Assembly (NCBI GenBank): GCA_037044955.1 | Contig: JBAOHX010000001.1 | Location: 107,140 to 171,139 of the forward strand | Length of the DNA: 64,000 bases | Reading direction: 5' to 3' | From: Rhodoblastus sp. | GTDB lineage: Bacteria > Pseudomonadota > Alphaproteobacteria > Rhizobiales > Beijerinckiaceae | In this document: positions 61,565-64,000 of the stretch, piece after piece | How the letters are laid out: every line of letters starts with the position of its first letter | How positions within the stretch are numbered: position 1 is the first letter of the stretch | The notes under the pieces: model-generated | What the model was told of the DNA's origin: nothing | The model's input: the letters and a program-made list of their open reading frames with translations, nothing else | Databases searched by the model: none | Made by a program: the position numbers and the translations under genes

Positions 61565-61858
61565 TCAGCCGCCTACGAAGCCCGCGGTCGGGCTCGAGCA
61601 CCGGCCTTCGCGCGCCTTCATCGTCGGCGGATCGCAGGGCGACAGGTCTTCCGCGCACATGGGACGGCACACCTGCCCGGTGACGGGGTCGACCTGGCGA
61701 TTGTCGCGCAGCGGCGTCTCGGGATCGTCGGCGCGCCGCTGCGCGCGCGCCGCGCTCGCGAAGACGACGCAGACAAAGCCGGTTGCAGCGACGAAGAGTC
61801 CGCGGCGCGAAAGAACCGGTCTGCTCAACGCACGCTGCCCGCTGTCGGGCTCGAGCAT
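61565..61858 (-). CDS. Small secreted Cys-rich protein, paralog A
   Basis: Tail of ORF 61565..62203. Tat/Sec-like leader SRRGLFVAATGFVCVVFASAARA. C-terminal motif CRPMCAEDLSPCDPPTMKAREGRCSSPTAGFVGG. The start is ATG 61858 or TTG 61828 (TTGA overlap with the paralog B stop). Confidence 0.55.
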   Translation of the reverse strand: MLEPDSGQRALSRPVLSRRGLFVAATGFVCVVFASAARAQRRADDPETPLRDNRQVDPVTGQVCRPMCAEDLSPCDPPTMKAREGRCSSPTAGFVGG

Positions 61859-62085
61859 CGGCCGTCGGCGGCCTTCTGCTGCGGCGAATCGCACGGGGTC
61901 GCATCTTCCGCGCACATCGGCCTGCATCTGCCGGCATATGGTTCGCCGTAGGGCTCGGAATAGGGACCGCGCCGGCGCACGCGTTCCTCGTAATAGACCT
62001 GCGCCAGCGCTTCGCCGGCGAACGCGGCGGCGCCGAGCGCTGAGGCGCTCAAGATAAGAAACGAGCGCCGCGACTGGGCGGTCAT
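61825..62085 (-). CDS. Small secreted Cys-rich protein, paralog B
   Basis: ORF 61825..62085. Tat-like leader MTAQSRRSFLILSASALGAAAFAGEALA. C-terminal CRPMCAEDATPCDSPQQKAADGRCSSPTAGSVR. Confidence 0.6.
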   Translation of the reverse strand: MTAQSRRSFLILSASALGAAAFAGEALAQVYYEERVRRRGPYSEPYGEPYAGRCRPMCAEDATPCDSPQQKAADGRCSSPTAGSVR

Positions 62086-62106
62086 GGCTCCTCTCCTCGT
62101 TGTTGC

Positions 62107-62331
62107 TTACGGCATCTGCACGCCGCCGACGAACGGGCTCGAGCACCGTCCGTCGGCGCGCTTGAATTCCGGCGGATCGCAGGGCGTCATGTCGAACGTG
62201 CACATCGGCCGGCAGACGCCGGCGCTCGCGCGCGCCGTTTCATAGACGCGCACATTCTTCTTCTTCGGTTTGGCGGCCGCAGGTCCCGCCATCAGCGCGG
62301 CTGCGGCCAGGATGACGATCACGAGACGCAT
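62107..62331 (-). CDS. Small secreted Cys-rich protein, paralog C
   Basis: ATG 62331 in ORF 62107..62415. Sec leader MRLVIVILAAAALMAGPAAA. C-terminal CRPMCTFDMTPCDPPEFKRADGRCSSPFVGGVQMP. Confidence 0.6.
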   Translation of the reverse strand: MRLVIVILAAAALMAGPAAAKPKKKNVRVYETARASAGVCRPMCTFDMTPCDPPEFKRADGRCSSPFVGGVQMP

Positions 62332-62416
62332 GCTGGCCTCCTCGGTTCCCGCCATAGATGACGCCACGACGGCCCGTCGGCAAGTGCGCAAGCTGACGCG
62401 CCGGCAGTCGCGCAAA

Positions 62417-63808
62417 TTACCGCGCGTCGGCCTGCAGGCCGATCGAGTCGACCTGGTAGACGTCGTCGGCGAAATGCACGGCGCCGTCGGCCGAGGCCCA
62501 GCCGGTCATGTACACCCAGATCACCGGCGTCGGGCGCGCAAGTTTGAGGTCCTGCCGCTCCTTGCCGATCTGCGCCATCAGCCCGGCGCGGTCCCAATTG
62601 CCCGAACCCTGCAGCAGCCAGGCGGCGAGGTCCCATACGCCCTGCACGCGCACGCAGCCGTGCGACAGAAAGCGGTAATCGCGATTGAAGAAGCCCTTCG
62701 AGGGCGTGTCGTGCATGTAGACGGCGTATTTGTTGTTCATCTGGATGCGGATGGAGCCGAGCGCGTTATGCGTGCCGGAATCCTGTCGCAGCGTGTAATT
62801 GACCGCCTTCTCGCTGCCCCAGTTGATCGAACGCGGGTCGATCACCGTGCCGCGCCCGTCGAGGATCTTGATCTTCGAGCGCGCGAGATAGCCGGGGTCG
62901 CGCCGCATCTTCGGAATGATCTCGTTCTTGATGATCGAGGTCGGCAGCGTCCATGTCGGGTTGAGGTTGATGGCGCTGATGCGCGTCGACACTTCGGGCG
63001 AGCGATGGTCGACATCGCCGACGACCGCCGTGTAGCGCTTGACGACCTGCCCGTTCTCGACCGCCTCGACGGCGGCGGATGGAATGTTGACCACGACATA
63101 GCGCTCGCCGAACGCGAATTGCACGCCGGCCAGCCGCTGCGAGCTCGAGGCGAGCTGCTTGAAGCGGACATTGGCGGTCGTGTTGAGCGCGCGCAGCGTC
63201 GCGCCGGAAGCGACGCCGGTCTGCTTGAGGCCGTTGCGCGCCTGGAAATGCTTGACGGCTGCAGCCAGCGTCGCGTCCCAGGCGTCGCCGGGCCCCACGG
63301 CCTCGTGCGGATCGCCCTCGATCTGCAGCCGCCGCCGCAGCGCCGCGACCGCGGCGCCCTTGGCGCCCGGTCCGACATTGCCGGGCACCTTCGGCCAGCC
63401 GCCGGCGTCCACGATCTTGGCGTAGCGCTCGGAGGCGGCGGCGCTGGCGAAGAAGGTTTCGGGCTGGAACGATGGCGTCGGATCGTCCGACAGCGCCCAC
63501 TCGCGGATCGGCGGCTTGGGCTTCGGCTTGGCGGCGGCCTTGGGCTGCGGCGCGGGCTGCGCCGGCGGAAAGCCCGCGGCCTCGCCGGCCGGCTGGGCGG
63601 ACGGGGCGGGGGCGGGCGCAATGCTGGTCGAAGGGGCCGCCGGCGGAGCGGGCAGCGGCGTGAAGACGTTGGGCAGCGGGGCCGACTGCGTCGCGCGCGG
63701 CGCCATCTGGCCGGGCGCGGGCTGCGCAGCAGCGAACTCGCCCCACGCCACGGCGGCGGCCGCGGCGCAGATCAAGCGGAAAGACCTCGTATGGGCCTGA
63801 AAATTCAT
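62417..63808 (-). CDS. L,D-transpeptidase (YkuD) with peptidoglycan-binding domain
   Basis: ORF 62417..63808. Signal peptide and Pro/Ala-rich linker. PG_binding_1 (LRRRLQIEGD...AVKHFQARNGLKQTGVASGATL). YkuD catalytic region YMHDTPSKGFFNRDYRFLSHGCVRV. Confidence 0.85.
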   Translation of the reverse strand: MNFQAHTRSFRLICAAAAAVAWGEFAAAQPAPGQMAPRATQSAPLPNVFTPLPAPPAAPSTSIAPAPAPSAQPAGEAAGFPPAQPAPQPKAAAKPKPKPPIREWALSDDPTPSFQPETFFASAAASERYAKIVDAGGWPKVPGNVGPGAKGAAVAALRRRLQIEGDPHEAVGPGDAWDATLAAAVKHFQARNGLKQTGVASGATLRALNTTANVRFKQLASSSQRLAGVQFAFGERYVVVNIPSAAVEAVENGQVVKRYTAVVGDVDHRSPEVSTRISAINLNPTWTLPTSIIKNEIIPKMRRDPGYLARSKIKILDGRGTVIDPRSINWGSEKAVNYTLRQDSGTHNALGSIRIQMNNKYAVYMHDTPSKGFFNRDYRFLSHGCVRVQGVWDLAAWLLQGSGNWDRAGLMAQIGKERQDLKLARPTPVIWVYMTGWASADGAVHFADDVYQVDSIGLQADAR

Positions 63809-64000
63809 GTCGCCAACTCGCGCAAATCCGCGGCAAGATCAACCGGAGCCTATCCATAGGCCGGCCAAGCCGCAGTTTCCAGCGCAAACAAGCGGGCGAC
63901 GCCCCGCTACCGGCCTGTTTTCTGGCCCGGTATCGGCGGTTCGTCGCCCGTGATGCCGGCCCCGGGCTGCGTCTCGGTCGGGGGATCGCTGGCCGGGAAA

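Noticed and set aside
63860-64000. A possible gene start or end in the last 140 bp of the window.
   Set aside because: The stretch is too short and lies at the window edge, with no motif or start/stop context that I could support.

Overview
This is a high-GC, densely coding chromosomal window of alphaproteobacterial (Rhizobiales-like) character. Taxonomy is inferred only from gene content, a tRNA-His without G-1, an Irr regulator and the repeat families.

Gene content, left to right:
- An exopolysaccharide locus: GH10-like hydrolase, ExoP/GumC-type co-polymerase, Wzy/O-antigen-ligase-like protein, Wzx flippase, WecG/TagA glycosyltransferase, FAD oxidoreductase and CelD-like GNAT.
- An MFS transporter, then an Xre-RES toxin-antitoxin pair that abuts a truncated SDR gene.
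- A block of GntR, AcuI, LivK-like binding protein, enoyl-CoA hydratase, AMP-ligase and EamA.
- A patch of gene fragments: integrase, phosphonoacetate hydrolase, MFS and LysR.
- A ~3.4 kb AT-rich islet bounded by 49-bp direct repeats of the 3' half of tRNA-Thr(GGU).
- Core genes murA, DUF2948, hisD, UPF0262 and LMW-PTP, then azlCD, a PPTase and a DUF3597 gene.
- An orphan acyl-CoA module: single-chain BC-BCCP-CT carboxylase, acyl-CoA synthetase, Dpp-like ABC importer and tandem-domain CaiB CoA-transferase.
- An iron locus: bfd, TonB-dependent receptor, piuC, exbBD, tonB and irr.
- tRNA-His, two phasins, a long PdhS-like histidine kinase, a GIY-YIG cassette with perfect 35-bp inverted repeats, and a Pat-like acetyltransferase.
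- Three tandem paralogous small Cys-rich secreted proteins and an L,D-transpeptidase.

The most interesting feature is the tRNA-Thr islet. It carries a retron-like module: a candidate msr-msd ncRNA with a1/a2 repeats and an 84-nt hairpin, an NDT/TIR-like plus winged-helix effector, and a retron-type reverse transcriptase. It also carries XRE and excisionase-like regulators but no integrase.

Caveat: at least nine apparent single-base frameshifts interrupt otherwise well-conserved genes, including both retron genes. Assembly indel errors cannot be distinguished from real decay using the sequence alone.
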